A DNA stretch of 64,000 nucleotides from an uncultured Gemmatimonadaceae bacterium (GTDB taxonomy: Bacteria; Gemmatimonadota; Gemmatimonadetes; Gemmatimonadales; Gemmatimonadaceae), in NCBI GenBank assembly GCA_963781585.1, contig CAWAGQ010000003.1:32001-96000 (forward strand), given 5' to 3'. Positions 11,117 to 23,098 of this stretch are shown here, one piece after another. Position 1 is the stretch's first letter. Every line of letters begins with the position of its first letter. The translations under genes and the position numbers were made by a program. The notes under the pieces were generated by a model, which made no database searches, was not told the origin of the DNA, and saw only the letters and a program-made list of their open reading frames with translations.

Positions 11117-12478
11117 CTAGTCGTTATGCACCAGCGGCTCAGCGGGCTCTTCCAGATACAGCTCGGCGCCGGCCGCGGTGACGCGATGCGAGATCAGCGG
11201 CAGCGGCAGATCGGCCTCATCTTCGATCCGGATGGCCGCCTCGAGCGCGGCGCGCCCGGCAGCGACCCCCGCCCCGTCCCGGGCGAAGATCGTGGCCAGC
11301 GGCTCCCCCTGGCGGACCAGGTCGCCGGGTCTGGCGCCGATCACGAATCCCACGCTGGGATCCACCTCGTCGTCCACCCGCCGCCGCCCACCGCCAAGGG
11401 CCACCACGCCGCGCCCCACCTCGCGCGGTTCCACGCACGCCACCACGCCGTTCCGACGCGCGGTGAACAGCTCGCATTCGCGCGACTGCGGCAGCCGCGA
11501 GGGATCGTCCACCACGCCTGGGTCGCCGCCCTGCGCCTCCACGATCTCCTGGAACTTCTCGGCCGCCCGCCCCGACGAAATCGACACTTCCATGGCGCGA
11601 ATCGCCGCGTCCCGCGTGTCGGCAGCGCCTGCCAGCACCAGCATTTCCGCGCCTAACGCGTACAGGACACGCATCAGATCGGGCGGCCCTTCGCCCCGCA
11701 GCGCATACGCCGCCTCCTCCACCTCGAGCGCGTTGCCACAGGCGCGACCAAGCGGCCGGTCCATCGCCGTGACCAGTGCCACCACCGGGAGACCGTGGTC
11801 GCGCCCCAACGCCACCATCTGGTGCGCCAGTGCCAACCCCCGGTCCACCTCGGGCAGAAAGGCTCCCGATCCGCGCTTCACATCGAGCACCAGACCGGTC
11901 AGTCCTTCGGCCAGCTTCTTGCTCATGATGCTGGCGGCCATGAGCGGAATGCTCTCCACAGTCGCTGTGGCGTTGCGGAGATCGTACAAGCGACGATCGG
12001 CCGGCGCGATCTCATCGCTCTGCCCCATCAGCACACACCCGATGCGCTCGAGCTGGTCTCGCGCCTCCCGCAGCGTCAAGCGCGTTCGAAATCCGGGGAT
12101 GGACTCGAGCTTGTCGAGTGTCCCGCCCGTGTGGCCGAGACCGCGCCCGGACATCATTGGGACGCAGACCCCAAGTGATGACACCAGCGGCGCCAGCACG
12201 AGCGAGACCTTGTCACCCACCCCGCCGGTCGAATGCTTGTCGACGCGAGGCCGCGCCAGATCGGAGAGGTCGAGCGAGGCGCCGCTGGCCACCATCGCTT
12301 CGGTGAGCGCCGCCGTCTCCTCGCGATCGAGTCCACGGATGAAGATCGCCATCAGGAGCGCCGCCATCTGATAGTCGGGGATCCGCTCCTGCAGAAATTC
12401 CCCCAGCAGCTCGCTCCATTCCTCCGGCGCGATCCGGCCGCCGTCGCGCTTCCGTTCGATCAGGCGATTGGCGACCAT
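11117..12478 (-). CDS. pdp: Thymidine/pyrimidine-nucleoside phosphorylase
   Basis: IERKRDG, DKHSTGGVGDK, SGRGLGHTGGTLDKLESIPG, SIMSKKLA. Confidence 0.93.
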   Translation of the reverse strand: MVANRLIERKRDGGRIAPEEWSELLGEFLQERIPDYQMAALLMAIFIRGLDREETAALTEAMVASGASLDLSDLARPRVDKHSTGGVGDKVSLVLAPLVSSLGVCVPMMSGRGLGHTGGTLDKLESIPGFRTRLTLREARDQLERIGCVLMGQSDEIAPADRRLYDLRNATATVESIPLMAASIMSKKLAEGLTGLVLDVKRGSGAFLPEVDRGLALAHQMVALGRDHGLPVVALVTAMDRPLGRACGNALEVEEAAYALRGEGPPDLMRVLYALGAEMLVLAGAADTRDAAIRAMEVSISSGRAAEKFQEIVEAQGGDPGVVDDPSRLPQSRECELFTARRNGVVACVEPREVGRGVVALGGGRRRVDDEVDPSVGFVIGARPGDLVRQGEPLATIFARDGAGVAAGRAALEAAIRIEDEADLPLPLISHRVTAAGAELYLEEPAEPLVHND

Positions 12479-12588
12479 ACGGGTGCCTGCAGTGTAGAGA
12501 AAACCCACAATCCCCGGGACGGCCGGCCGGAGCGACCCCCTTCCGCCTCCTCGCTGCCCAATTTCACCACAGCCCTGGCGGAGGGCGC

Positions 12589-13359
12589 ATGATCGCAGTG
12601 ATACGATTGCTCCTGATATCCATCGGCCTGGTGGGCGGCCGCGTCGCCGCATCGCAGACGGTCGCGGACGAGATAGCCCTTGGCGACAGTCTCCACGCCG
12701 CGTTTCAGCCCGCGGGCGCGCTCAAGCACTACGAAGCCGCCATTGCCCTCGACTCCACCAGCGCGGATGCCTGGGCCAAGGCCTCGGGCAGCGCCGTGGA
12801 TGTGGGTGAAGGCGGGTCGGACGCCTCGCGCAGCAAGGAACTGTACCAGCGCGCCCAGAAATACGCGCGCCGCGCCGTTGCCCTGGCCCCGGACGACCCG
12901 GACGCGCATTTCGACCTCGCGCGCGCGCTCGGCCGCATGGCGCAGATCGTCGGAATCAAGGAGCGCGTGAGGTACGCGGTCGAGATTCGCGAACAGGCGT
13001 TGGCGGCGCTCAAGGCCAATCCCGACCATCCCGGCGCCCTTCACGTTCTGGGCGAATGGAACGCCGAGGTGATGCGTCTGCACGGCTACGAGCGATTCTT
13101 CGCGCAACATCTGCTTGGCGGCGGGGTGCTGGGTGAAGCCAACTGGAAGGACGCGGTCTCCAATCTCGAGCGCGCCGTGGCCGTGGACCCCACGCGCCTC
13201 TCGCATCATCTCGACCTCGGCAAGATCTACGTCGACACGGGGGAGAAAGCAAAGGCACGCGAGCAGCTCGAATGGGTCGTGGCTGCGACCGAGCGAACGG
13301 ACGTGAACGACCCGATCTACAAGCGGCAGGCGGCCGCCGAGCTGAAGCGCCTGAAGTAG
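12589..13359 (+). CDS. Secreted TPR-repeat protein
   Basis: Signal-peptide-like N-terminus; TPR-like helices 'AVALAPDDPDAHFDLARALG' and 'LERAVAVDP..HHLDLGKIY'. Confidence 0.8.
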   Translation: MIAVIRLLLISIGLVGGRVAASQTVADEIALGDSLHAAFQPAGALKHYEAAIALDSTSADAWAKASGSAVDVGEGGSDASRSKELYQRAQKYARRAVALAPDDPDAHFDLARALGRMAQIVGIKERVRYAVEIREQALAALKANPDHPGALHVLGEWNAEVMRLHGYERFFAQHLLGGGVLGEANWKDAVSNLERAVAVDPTRLSHHLDLGKIYVDTGEKAKAREQLEWVVAATERTDVNDPIYKRQAAAELKRLK

Positions 13360-13426
13360 GTGCGCCCGGTCGCAGCGCCACTGTGAGGCGCGTGGCTCGA
13401 ATCGTCCCCTCCACGTCGGATCGCGG

Positions 13427-13444
13427 CTGTGTGATGTCGCACAG
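13427..13444. promoter_or_regulatory. Candidate palindromic TF-binding site
   Basis: CTGTGTGA-TG-TCGCACAG (1 mismatch), directly followed by TTGACG, upstream of the GAF gene. Confidence 0.3.
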
Positions 13445-13559
13445 ATTGACGTCGTGCGCCCCCGCACCGTCTGAAGCATGACGCATCATCTGTATCGCCT
13501 CCGCGTGTCTGCCGGCTGCCTCGCACTCACGCGGGGATCGACCCATTCCGACGCCCCCA

Positions 13560-14408
13560 ATGGAGTATCCTGGAGTCATCACACCGATCGACGCCGAAGC
13601 CGCGCGGGACGACGATCCGGCGCACTTGCAGGCGCGCCTGAGCGAGCTGATTCGCGAGCGCGACCAACTGCTCGCGGCCGTGGACATTCTGCAGGAGATT
13701 TCCACCTCGCTGCATTTCAGCGAGATCCTGCAGCGGATCGCGCGCCGCCTGGGCGACCTGTTTGGTCTCGACCGCTGCTCGATCTATCTCGCCGGCGACA
13801 TTGCCGCCGAGGTTCGCCTGGTGGCGACCTACGAGAATCCCGCGCTGCGCAACCTGGTGGTCGACCTGGACCGCTACCCCGAACTCAAGCAGGCGTTTAC
13901 CTCCGGGCAGACAGTGTTCATTCCCGACGCCTCGCGCGAACCGATGCTCGAGAGCGTGCGCCCCACGCTCGACGATCGCAGCGTCCGTTCGATCGTGGTC
14001 ATTCCGGTGCGATGGCGCACGAACGTGATCGGCGCCGTGTTCCTGCGCACCGAACGCGGGTCAACACCCTTTTCGGACAGCGACATCCGGTTCTGCGAGA
14101 TGATCGCCTCGCTGACGGCGAAAGCGCTGCGCAACGCGCATCGCTTCGAGACCCTGCAGCGCGCGACCGGGGACCACGCCGAGCGGGAGCGGCGCGCCGC
14201 ACTCGAGCGCATCGCGCTGATCGCGTTCCTGCGGCGTCTCCTCGAACGGCACGCCACCAGCTCCGAACATCTCTGGGCGGAAACGCTGCTGCCGCGTGCC
14301 AGCGACGAGGAACTCGAGCGGCTCACGTCGGTGGCGATGCGGGTGATCGTCGATGAAGCGGAAGGGGAGACCGTGCCCCGAAGTGACGGGCCGCCAGCCG
14401 AACTCTAG
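13560..14408 (+). CDS. Stand-alone GAF-domain protein
   Basis: 'ILQEISTSLHFSEILQRIARRLGDLFGLDRCSIYL..SIVVIPVRWRTNVIGAVFL..FSDSDIRFCEMIA'. Confidence 0.85.
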   Translation: MEYPGVITPIDAEAARDDDPAHLQARLSELIRERDQLLAAVDILQEISTSLHFSEILQRIARRLGDLFGLDRCSIYLAGDIAAEVRLVATYENPALRNLVVDLDRYPELKQAFTSGQTVFIPDASREPMLESVRPTLDDRSVRSIVVIPVRWRTNVIGAVFLRTERGSTPFSDSDIRFCEMIASLTAKALRNAHRFETLQRATGDHAERERRAALERIALIAFLRRLLERHATSSEHLWAETLLPRASDEELERLTSVAMRVIVDEAEGETVPRSDGPPAEL

Positions 14409-14495
14409 CCGCGCGCACCGGCGGCGGGGCGCCCGACCTGACATCCCGGGGCGGGCTTCAGTGGCCTCACGGCGCCGCCGCGCCTGACGACGATC

Positions 14496-15002
14496 TCATT
14501 CCTCCTGGACGTCGAACAGGATCGTGGCCGGGATGCTGGCCAGGCCGGCCTGCACCAACCAGGTGTCCATGGTGTCGGCGAGCAGATGCCGGTCCTCCTC
14601 GGAGAGTGCCCGAAGCCCGTCGATCATGCGCAGCTGCACCGGGCGTGGCGCCTGCGCCAGCACGCCGTGACCTGACGCCGTCACCTCGAGAATGACCCGG
14701 CGCCCGTCCTCAAGCGAGCGGCTGCGGCTGACAAGACCGGCATTCACCAATCGGGTCACGACTTCGGATGCGGAACTGGTGGCGGTGAGCGTGCGTTCCG
14801 CCAGCCGCTGAAGCGACTGTCGCGGCTCCTCGGCGAGCTGCTGGAGCACGAACAGCTGGCCGGCGCTCACGCCGAACGCTCGCTCAGTGGCGCGGTCGGC
14901 GGCTCGAAGGGCCCGGACGAACCGGCGCAGCGCGTCCATCACTCGGGCTGTCGGATCACCGGAGGAAACGCGGGGTGGTCGTTCGCTGACGGAAGAGGGC
15001 AT
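14496..15002 (-). CDS. MarR family transcriptional regulator
   Basis: 'GVSAGQLFVL..LAER..SSASEVVTRLVNAGLVSRSRSLEDGRRVILEVTASG'; start uncertain. Confidence 0.88.
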   Translation of the reverse strand: MPSSVSERPPRVSSGDPTARVMDALRRFVRALRAADRATERAFGVSAGQLFVLQQLAEEPRQSLQRLAERTLTATSSASEVVTRLVNAGLVSRSRSLEDGRRVILEVTASGHGVLAQAPRPVQLRMIDGLRALSEEDRHLLADTMDTWLVQAGLASIPATILFDVQEE

Positions 15003-15223
15003 CGGAGGAGTGGGTTGCGCGATCCGGATCGGGAAACCAAGCCACCAGTACGACGTTGGACGCCCCGTCCCCGGCAGCGTTATCACGTCTTGATGACGGT
15101 CGTGGCGGTCAGACGGCATCAATCAGGGCCGTCGCCCGGTAGCTTACGTGTGTAACCCCAGGGACGTTGCCGCAGCCGGCGCCGGACCACCCCGCTCTGC
15201 CCGACCTCCAACCCGCGAGGACC

Positions 15224-15748
15224 ATGCTCATCACCAAGCAAATGAACGGCGCCATGAACCAGCAGATCGGAAACGAGCTGGCGGCGTCGAACCAGTACGT
15301 GGCGATCGCGGTGTACTTCGACCGCGAGGGACTTCCGATGCTGGCCAAGCATTTCTATCGGCAGGCGGCCGAGGAACGCGATCATGCCATGCGGTTCGTG
15401 AAGTATCTGGTCGAGGCAGATGCCGAGGTGCGAATTCCCCAGATCCCCGCTCCTACGGCCAGGTTCAAATCGGCCGAAGAGGCGGTCAAGCTGTCGCTCG
15501 ACAGCGAGCTGCGCGTGACGGGGCAGATCAACGCCATCGTGGACCGCGCCGTGAAGGAGAGCGATCACATGAGCAAGAACATGCTGGAGTGGTTCGTCTC
15601 AGAGCAGCGGGAGGAAGTCACAAGCATGGACACCCTGCTCCGCATGGTGCGGCGCGCCGGCGAGAGTGGCCTCTTTTTCGTGGAGAACTTCCTCCTTCAG
15701 GGGGGACTGCCGCCGGATGCGGCGGGCGCCGAGGGCGATGCCGAGTAG
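15224..15748 (+). CDS. ftnA: Non-heme ferritin
   Basis: 'MNQQIGNELAASNQY', 'QAAEERDHAMRF', 'WFVSEQREE' ferroxidase residues; GAGGA RBS. Confidence 0.88.
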   Translation: MLITKQMNGAMNQQIGNELAASNQYVAIAVYFDREGLPMLAKHFYRQAAEERDHAMRFVKYLVEADAEVRIPQIPAPTARFKSAEEAVKLSLDSELRVTGQINAIVDRAVKESDHMSKNMLEWFVSEQREEVTSMDTLLRMVRRAGESGLFFVENFLLQGGLPPDAAGAEGDAE

Positions 15749-17848
<2,100 letters not shown>

Positions 17849-17859
17849 CGCGGACCGCC

Positions 17860-18420
17860 ATGCCAGAGTCGATCGATCATACCGCTCACCCCATGCTCTC
17901 GCTCACGCGGGCGTCGCTGCTCTCCCTGCGTGCGGCCCTGCTGCGCGACAGCGGTCCACGGGCCGCGGTGGCCCTGCAGGAAGCCGGCTACGCTGGCGGC
18001 GACTCCCTGTTCGCGGCGTTTCGGCGATGGCTTGCGGCCCGTTCCGATATCGCCGCCGAGGATCTCGACGTCGAGACCTTCGAGCAGCGGATCTCGGAGT
18101 TTTTCGGCGAGACGGGATGGGGCCACATCCAGATCGGCACGATCGACCAGGTAGTGGCGACGCTCGACTCGGCCGACTGGGGCGAGGCCGACGACGCGGA
18201 GCAAACCGATCATCCCGCCTGCCACATCACGACCGGCATGTTCGCCGATCTGTTCGGACGTCTGGCCGGCGCTCCGGTGGCCGTCCTGGAAGTGGAATGC
18301 CGTTCGGCCGGGCATCCCCGGTGCCGCTTCCTGGTCGGGAATCCGGAGATGATGGACGCCGTCTACGACGAGATGGGACGCGGCGCCACCTACCAGCTGG
18401 CGGTGCACGCCGCCGCCTAA
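17860..18420 (+). CDS. V4R-domain protein
   Basis: 'FFGETGWG', 'CHITTGMF', 'VLEVECRSAGHPRCRFLV'. Confidence 0.85.
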   Translation: MPESIDHTAHPMLSLTRASLLSLRAALLRDSGPRAAVALQEAGYAGGDSLFAAFRRWLAARSDIAAEDLDVETFEQRISEFFGETGWGHIQIGTIDQVVATLDSADWGEADDAEQTDHPACHITTGMFADLFGRLAGAPVAVLEVECRSAGHPRCRFLVGNPEMMDAVYDEMGRGATYQLAVHAAA

Positions 18421-18435
18421 CGCTCCCCGGCGCTC

Positions 18436-19020
18436 CTACTGGGCGCCGAGCGAATACTTCGGGTTCGGTCGCAACTCTCCGTCCACCAGGATTTCGCGGT
18501 CCCACGGAAGGACGATCGTGCTCTCGGTGGCGAGCGCGTAGAAATCCGGCTCGTACGGGCCGGTCCGGAACGAGACCGCGGTACGTAGCTCGGCGGCTCC
18601 CGCGTTCACGATTGCCGCCACCGCCAGCCGCATCGTCTCGCCGGAATCGCACGTCTCATCGACGATCAGCACGCGCCGGCCTCGCACCTCCTGCGGCGCC
18701 TGCCCCAGGACGGCCGGCGTCTGGCGCACGTGCGCCCGTTCTTCGCGTCGCGTCACCAGGATGGAACGAAAGTCGCGATCGAGAATGGCCGCCACCACCG
18801 CGCCGGGAATCACGCCGGCCGTCGCGATGCCGACCACGATCTCCGGCTCGTAGTCCCGCGCCACCTTCAGCGCGAGAGCGCGGGAGAGCTCGCCGAACAG
18901 CGGCCATTCGACCTCGAAAACGTCCTGTTTGGGTTCCACCTGATACCGGGGGCTGAGAAGGCTGACACACGACCCGCCGACCTGCGGGCGGAGACGGCAT
19001 GTGCCAAAACCTATCGCCAC
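18436..19020 (-). CDS. Type I phosphoribosyltransferase
   Basis: 'IVVGIATAGVIPG' and PRPP-binding loop 'VLIVDETCDSGETM'; true start uncertain (GTG 19020 or GTG 18939). Confidence 0.85.
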   Translation of the reverse strand: MAIGFGTCRLRPQVGGSCVSLLSPRYQVEPKQDVFEVEWPLFGELSRALALKVARDYEPEIVVGIATAGVIPGAVVAAILDRDFRSILVTRREERAHVRQTPAVLGQAPQEVRGRRVLIVDETCDSGETMRLAVAAIVNAGAAELRTAVSFRTGPYEPDFYALATESTIVLPWDREILVDGELRPNPKYSLGAQ

Positions 19021-19205
19021 GTTTCCGGGGAAGCGAGTTGGGTGCGTGCGGACAGCAAGCGATGCGCGTCGCGCGTGCCGAGACGGTTGCTCGCCGGGGA
19101 CACCGGCGATACTTTTGCCCTCGTTGCGGGCGTCCTCGGCGGTACGCCCGCGTTGTGCCTCGGTGTCGCTCGCGGCGCTCGCACCTCAGCCGACTCCCAA
19201 CACGC

Positions 19206-19673
19206 ATGTCCTGGTGGAGCCGCCTGCTTGGCGGCAGGTCCGACAGCGAGCTCAAGCCACAGCGCGTCGATTATCTCAACGAGGCGCTGGCACTGGAGCG
19301 CCAGGGTGACTACGACGCGGCGCTCACGTCGTACCGGCTCGCGTTGCGCGACAAGCCCTACGATGCCCGCGTGCTGCAGAACATGGCCATCGCGTACACG
19401 AAACTGAACCGCCACGACGAAGCGATCCGCTGCTATCGCCGGGCCCTCGAGGTACAGCCGTCGCTGTCCGGCGCGCACTATGGCCTGGCGTACCTGCTGC
19501 TGCGTCGCGGCGATCGCACGGGAGCGGAGTCGCACCTCGACGCGTTCCTCGCCGCGCCGCCGTCCGGACCGGAAGCCGACCGATGGGTCGAGCACGCCCG
19601 AGAGACCTTGGCCACGCTCCGGGCACCGGGTAGCGCCGAGCCATCCGCGGAGCCTTCGGCAAAAGAGCCGTAA
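19206..19673 (+). CDS. TPR-repeat protein
   Basis: 'ALALERQGDYDAALTSYRLAL', 'EAIRCYRRALEVQP..AHYGLAYLL'. Confidence 0.85.
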   Translation: MSWWSRLLGGRSDSELKPQRVDYLNEALALERQGDYDAALTSYRLALRDKPYDARVLQNMAIAYTKLNRHDEAIRCYRRALEVQPSLSGAHYGLAYLLLRRGDRTGAESHLDAFLAAPPSGPEADRWVEHARETLATLRAPGSAEPSAEPSAKEP

Positions 19674-19674
19674 C

Positions 19675-20442
19675 GTGGGGCGTGTTCTCGCGGTCGTCAG
19701 CCAGAAGGGTGGCGTTGGCAAGACCACGACTTCGGTCAACCTCGCGGCGGCCTTCGCGCGCCGGGGCATGAAGACCCTGCTCGTGGACGTGGATCCCCAG
19801 GGCGCGGTGCGATACGGCGCCGGGCTCCGACGCGGCCATCCACCGTACGGATTCGCGGATTATCTCACGGGGGATCGGTCGCTTCGCGAGGTGCTCCTCC
19901 CCACCGCCCTGCCCTGGCTCCGCGTCATTCTGACCGGCTCGGTCACCGACGAGTCGGATCATTCCCGCTACATCACGCTGGTCTCGCGCACCGATGTCGT
20001 GGACGAGCTGCTGCGCACCGCACGCGAGCGCTGCGACGTGGTGGTGGTCGACACCCCTCCAGGCCTCGGTCCGATCGTCCAGCGGGTGCTGCACGCGAGC
20101 CAGCATGTGATCGTTCCACTTCAGTGCGAGCCCCTCGCGCTCCAGACAACGCCCCAGATTCTGAGGGGTATTCAGGAAATCGTGGCGACCAACGGCGACC
20201 TGATCCTGGACGGCATCCTGCTCACCATGTACGAACAGGGAAATCCGTCGTCCGACCGCATCGCGCAATACGTGCAGACGCATCTTCCCCACAACATGGT
20301 GTTCGACGTCCGGATCCCGCGGACCCTCGCGGCCGTGGACGCGTTCGCCGCCGGACAGCCGGTGGTGCTCCGCTCGCCCGCAGATCCGGCGGCACAGGCC
20401 TACGTGAACCTGGCGACGTTGCTGGCCGAGCGATTTCGATGA
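19675..20442 (+). CDS. ParA/Soj family ATPase (orphan)
   Basis: Deviant Walker A 'SQKGGVGKTTT', 'LLVDVDPQG', 'VVVDTPPGLG', 'IVPLQCE'. Confidence 0.92.
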   Translation: MGRVLAVVSQKGGVGKTTTSVNLAAAFARRGMKTLLVDVDPQGAVRYGAGLRRGHPPYGFADYLTGDRSLREVLLPTALPWLRVILTGSVTDESDHSRYITLVSRTDVVDELLRTARERCDVVVVDTPPGLGPIVQRVLHASQHVIVPLQCEPLALQTTPQILRGIQEIVATNGDLILDGILLTMYEQGNPSSDRIAQYVQTHLPHNMVFDVRIPRTLAAVDAFAAGQPVVLRSPADPAAQAYVNLATLLAERFR

Positions 20443-21212
20443 GGCGTCGATGGTGGTGGACCGCGGCCCTCGCGGCGGTGGGGTCATGTATCACGATCTC
20501 GACCGACCCACACGAGGTCATCTCGATCGAGTTCGTCGAACTTCCATGGCCCGCCGTTGTGGTCGGCGACACCCTGCGCGACCAGGGCGGCGCGGTGGCG
20601 CCCCTCTCGGCCCGTCTGTTCGAGGCGTCCGGAGCGGAAGTGACAGACGCCCAGATACAGTTCCTGAGTCGCGACGCCACGGTCACAATCGTCAACGGCG
20701 ATCTGGTGGTCGGCGGCTCCACCACCGGCATGGCCCGACTGCTGGCCTCGGGAGCCGGCCTTCAAAGCGTCGTCAGGCAGATCCAGGTAGTACCGCGTCC
20801 CGACTCGCTGGCGCCCGAGGGGACGATCGACACGCTCCGCCTCGTGCTTCCCGATTCGCCCCAGCAGAACCGGTCGGGCGACCTGAAAGTGAAGATGGTG
20901 TCGGTCGACGCCGGTGGCGCCGCCACCCCGGTTGGTTCCTGGATCGTTTCGTTCGCGCTCGAATTCGACGGAGCGCCAGTTGCCCCCGGCGACACGTCAC
21001 ATCTGTACCTCGCCGACGAAGCCGGCCGGGTGTCCTCCTCCGACACCACCGACACCCAGGGGATTGCGTCGCGCCGCATCCGGTTCAAGGTGCTTCCCGG
21101 AACAACTATACCGCCGCTCGACTCGGTGATCGTGATCGTCACGGCATCCTACCGTGGGAGCCCGCTTGCCGGCACGCCGGTGCGACTCGTCCTTCCCGTC
21201 ACTCCGAAATAG
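20439..21212 (+). CDS. Putative lipoprotein with Ig-like beta domains
   Basis: MRRRWWWTAALAAVGSC lipobox-like signal; ATGA overlap with parA. Confidence 0.7.
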   Translation: MRRRWWWTAALAAVGSCITISTDPHEVISIEFVELPWPAVVVGDTLRDQGGAVAPLSARLFEASGAEVTDAQIQFLSRDATVTIVNGDLVVGGSTTGMARLLASGAGLQSVVRQIQVVPRPDSLAPEGTIDTLRLVLPDSPQQNRSGDLKVKMVSVDAGGAATPVGSWIVSFALEFDGAPVAPGDTSHLYLADEAGRVSSSDTTDTQGIASRRIRFKVLPGTTIPPLDSVIVIVTASYRGSPLAGTPVRLVLPVTPK

Positions 21213-21252
21213 ACCAACATTGCGTCCGTACGCTGCCACTCCGGAGGGCACC

Positions 21253-23097
21253 ATGTACGCGCGCGGCGAAGGTGAGCGTGCCGAGCCCGGTACGCTGACC
21301 TCGCTCTTCTTCGATACCACGCGGGAGATCGACAAGCCGGACGCGCTACAGGTGCGAGTGGAGGGCACGTGGAAGCCCATTTCGCACGGCACGCTGCGGG
21401 AGCGCGTGCGACATGTGGCGCTCGGGCTGCTCGCCCTCGGGGTGCGCCGGGGCGACCGCGTGGCCATTCTCTCGGAGAACCGGCCCGAGTGGGCCATCGC
21501 CGACTGGGCCTGCCTGACGATCGGCGTGGTGGTCGTGCCGATCTACCCCTCGCTGCCGGCCGAACAGGTCTCCTATCTGCTGATCGACAGCGGTGTGACC
21601 GCGATCTTCACGTCGATCGCCTCGCAGACCGAGAAGATCGTCTCGGTGCGCAGCCAGGCGCCCACGCTGCGTACCGTCATCGCCTTCGACGACAAGCCGA
21701 CCCGCGGCGCCGACATGGCGCTCCGCGACCTGGAGGCGAGGGGCGCGTCGGCCGACACGCCGGACCGCGCCGCGCAGTACGAGCGGGATGCCAGGGCGAT
21801 CCGCCCCGACGACCTGGCTACGGTGATCTACACCTCCGGGACGACCGGCGTCCCGAAAGGGGCGATGCTGTCTCACGACAACATTCATTCGGAGATCGTC
21901 GCGATCCGCCGGGTCATCCCGGCCGACACGCACGACACGGAGCTCAGCTTCCTCCCTCTCAGCCACGTGTTTCAGCGCGTCGCGGACTACTACCTGTTCG
22001 CGTGCGGCGCCACCATCGCCTACGTCGATTCGTTCGACCTCGTGCCCATCGCCATGCAGGAAGTGCGCCCCACGCTCGCGTGCTCGGTACCCCGCGTGTA
22101 CGAGAAGCTGTACGCGCGGGTGCTGGACAACGCGATGTCGGGCGGTCCCGTGAAGAAGCGGATCTTCTCGTGGGCCCGAGCCACCGGGAATCGCTGGGCG
22201 AACGAGCGCGTGGACGGCCGCACTCCCTCGCGTTGGCTTTCGGCGCGCTACGCGCTGGCCCGGCGGCTGGTGTTTTCGAAGATCAAGGCCCGCACCGGGG
22301 GCAACCTGCGCTACTTCATTTCCGGGGGCGCGCCCCTCGCGCCGGATATCAATGCGTTCTTCTACGCCGCCGGACTCACGATTCTCGAGGGGTACGGTCT
22401 CACCGAGACGTCGGCGGTGATCTCGGTGAATACGCCCGCACACTTCCGCATCGGGACCGTGGGCCGACCGATCGGCGGCGTGGAGGTCCGCATCGATGCC
22501 GATGGCGAGATCCTCACGCGCGGACCGCACGTCATGCAGGGATACCTCAACAAGCCCGACGCCACGCGTGAAGCCATCGACGCCGAAGGGTGGTTCCACA
22601 CCGGGGACATCGGCCGGATCGACGATGGGTTCATCCGGATTACCGATCGCAAGAAGGATCTGATCGTGACCGCCGGCGGAAAGAAGATCGCGCCGCAACC
22701 GATCGAGAACCTCGCCAAGACCAACAAGTACGTGAGTCAGGCGGTCATGATCGGCGACCGCCGCAAGTACCCGGCCATGCTGGTGGTGCCGAACTTCGAG
22801 CAGCTCGAGAAGTGGGCGAAGCTGCGCAATATCATCTGGACCGATCGCGCCCAGCTCCTGGCCATGCCGACGATCAACGCGAAGATGAAGAAGGAACTGG
22901 GCGACACGCTCATGGGTCTGGCGAGCTTCGAGACGCCGAAGAAGGTCGGCCTCCTGGTCCACGACTTCACGGTCGAGTCGGGCGAGCTGACGCCGACGCT
23001 CAAGGTGCGGCGGCGGATCATCGAGACGAAGTATCGGGACCTGATCGACTCGCTCTACGACTCGAGCGAGCACGCGGTGATCGACGCCCGGCCGTAG
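21253..23097 (+). CDS. Long-chain fatty acid-CoA ligase (AMP-binding)
   Basis: IYTSGTTGVPKG, SFLPLSH, EGYGLTET, WFHTGDIG, ITDRKKDLIVTAGGK. Confidence 0.93.
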   Translation: MYARGEGERAEPGTLTSLFFDTTREIDKPDALQVRVEGTWKPISHGTLRERVRHVALGLLALGVRRGDRVAILSENRPEWAIADWACLTIGVVVVPIYPSLPAEQVSYLLIDSGVTAIFTSIASQTEKIVSVRSQAPTLRTVIAFDDKPTRGADMALRDLEARGASADTPDRAAQYERDARAIRPDDLATVIYTSGTTGVPKGAMLSHDNIHSEIVAIRRVIPADTHDTELSFLPLSHVFQRVADYYLFACGATIAYVDSFDLVPIAMQEVRPTLACSVPRVYEKLYARVLDNAMSGGPVKKRIFSWARATGNRWANERVDGRTPSRWLSARYALARRLVFSKIKARTGGNLRYFISGGAPLAPDINAFFYAAGLTILEGYGLTETSAVISVNTPAHFRIGTVGRPIGGVEVRIDADGEILTRGPHVMQGYLNKPDATREAIDAEGWFHTGDIGRIDDGFIRITDRKKDLIVTAGGKKIAPQPIENLAKTNKYVSQAVMIGDRRKYPAMLVVPNFEQLEKWAKLRNIIWTDRAQLLAMPTINAKMKKELGDTLMGLASFETPKKVGLLVHDFTVESGELTPTLKVRRRIIETKYRDLIDSLYDSSEHAVIDARP

Positions 23098-23098
23098 G

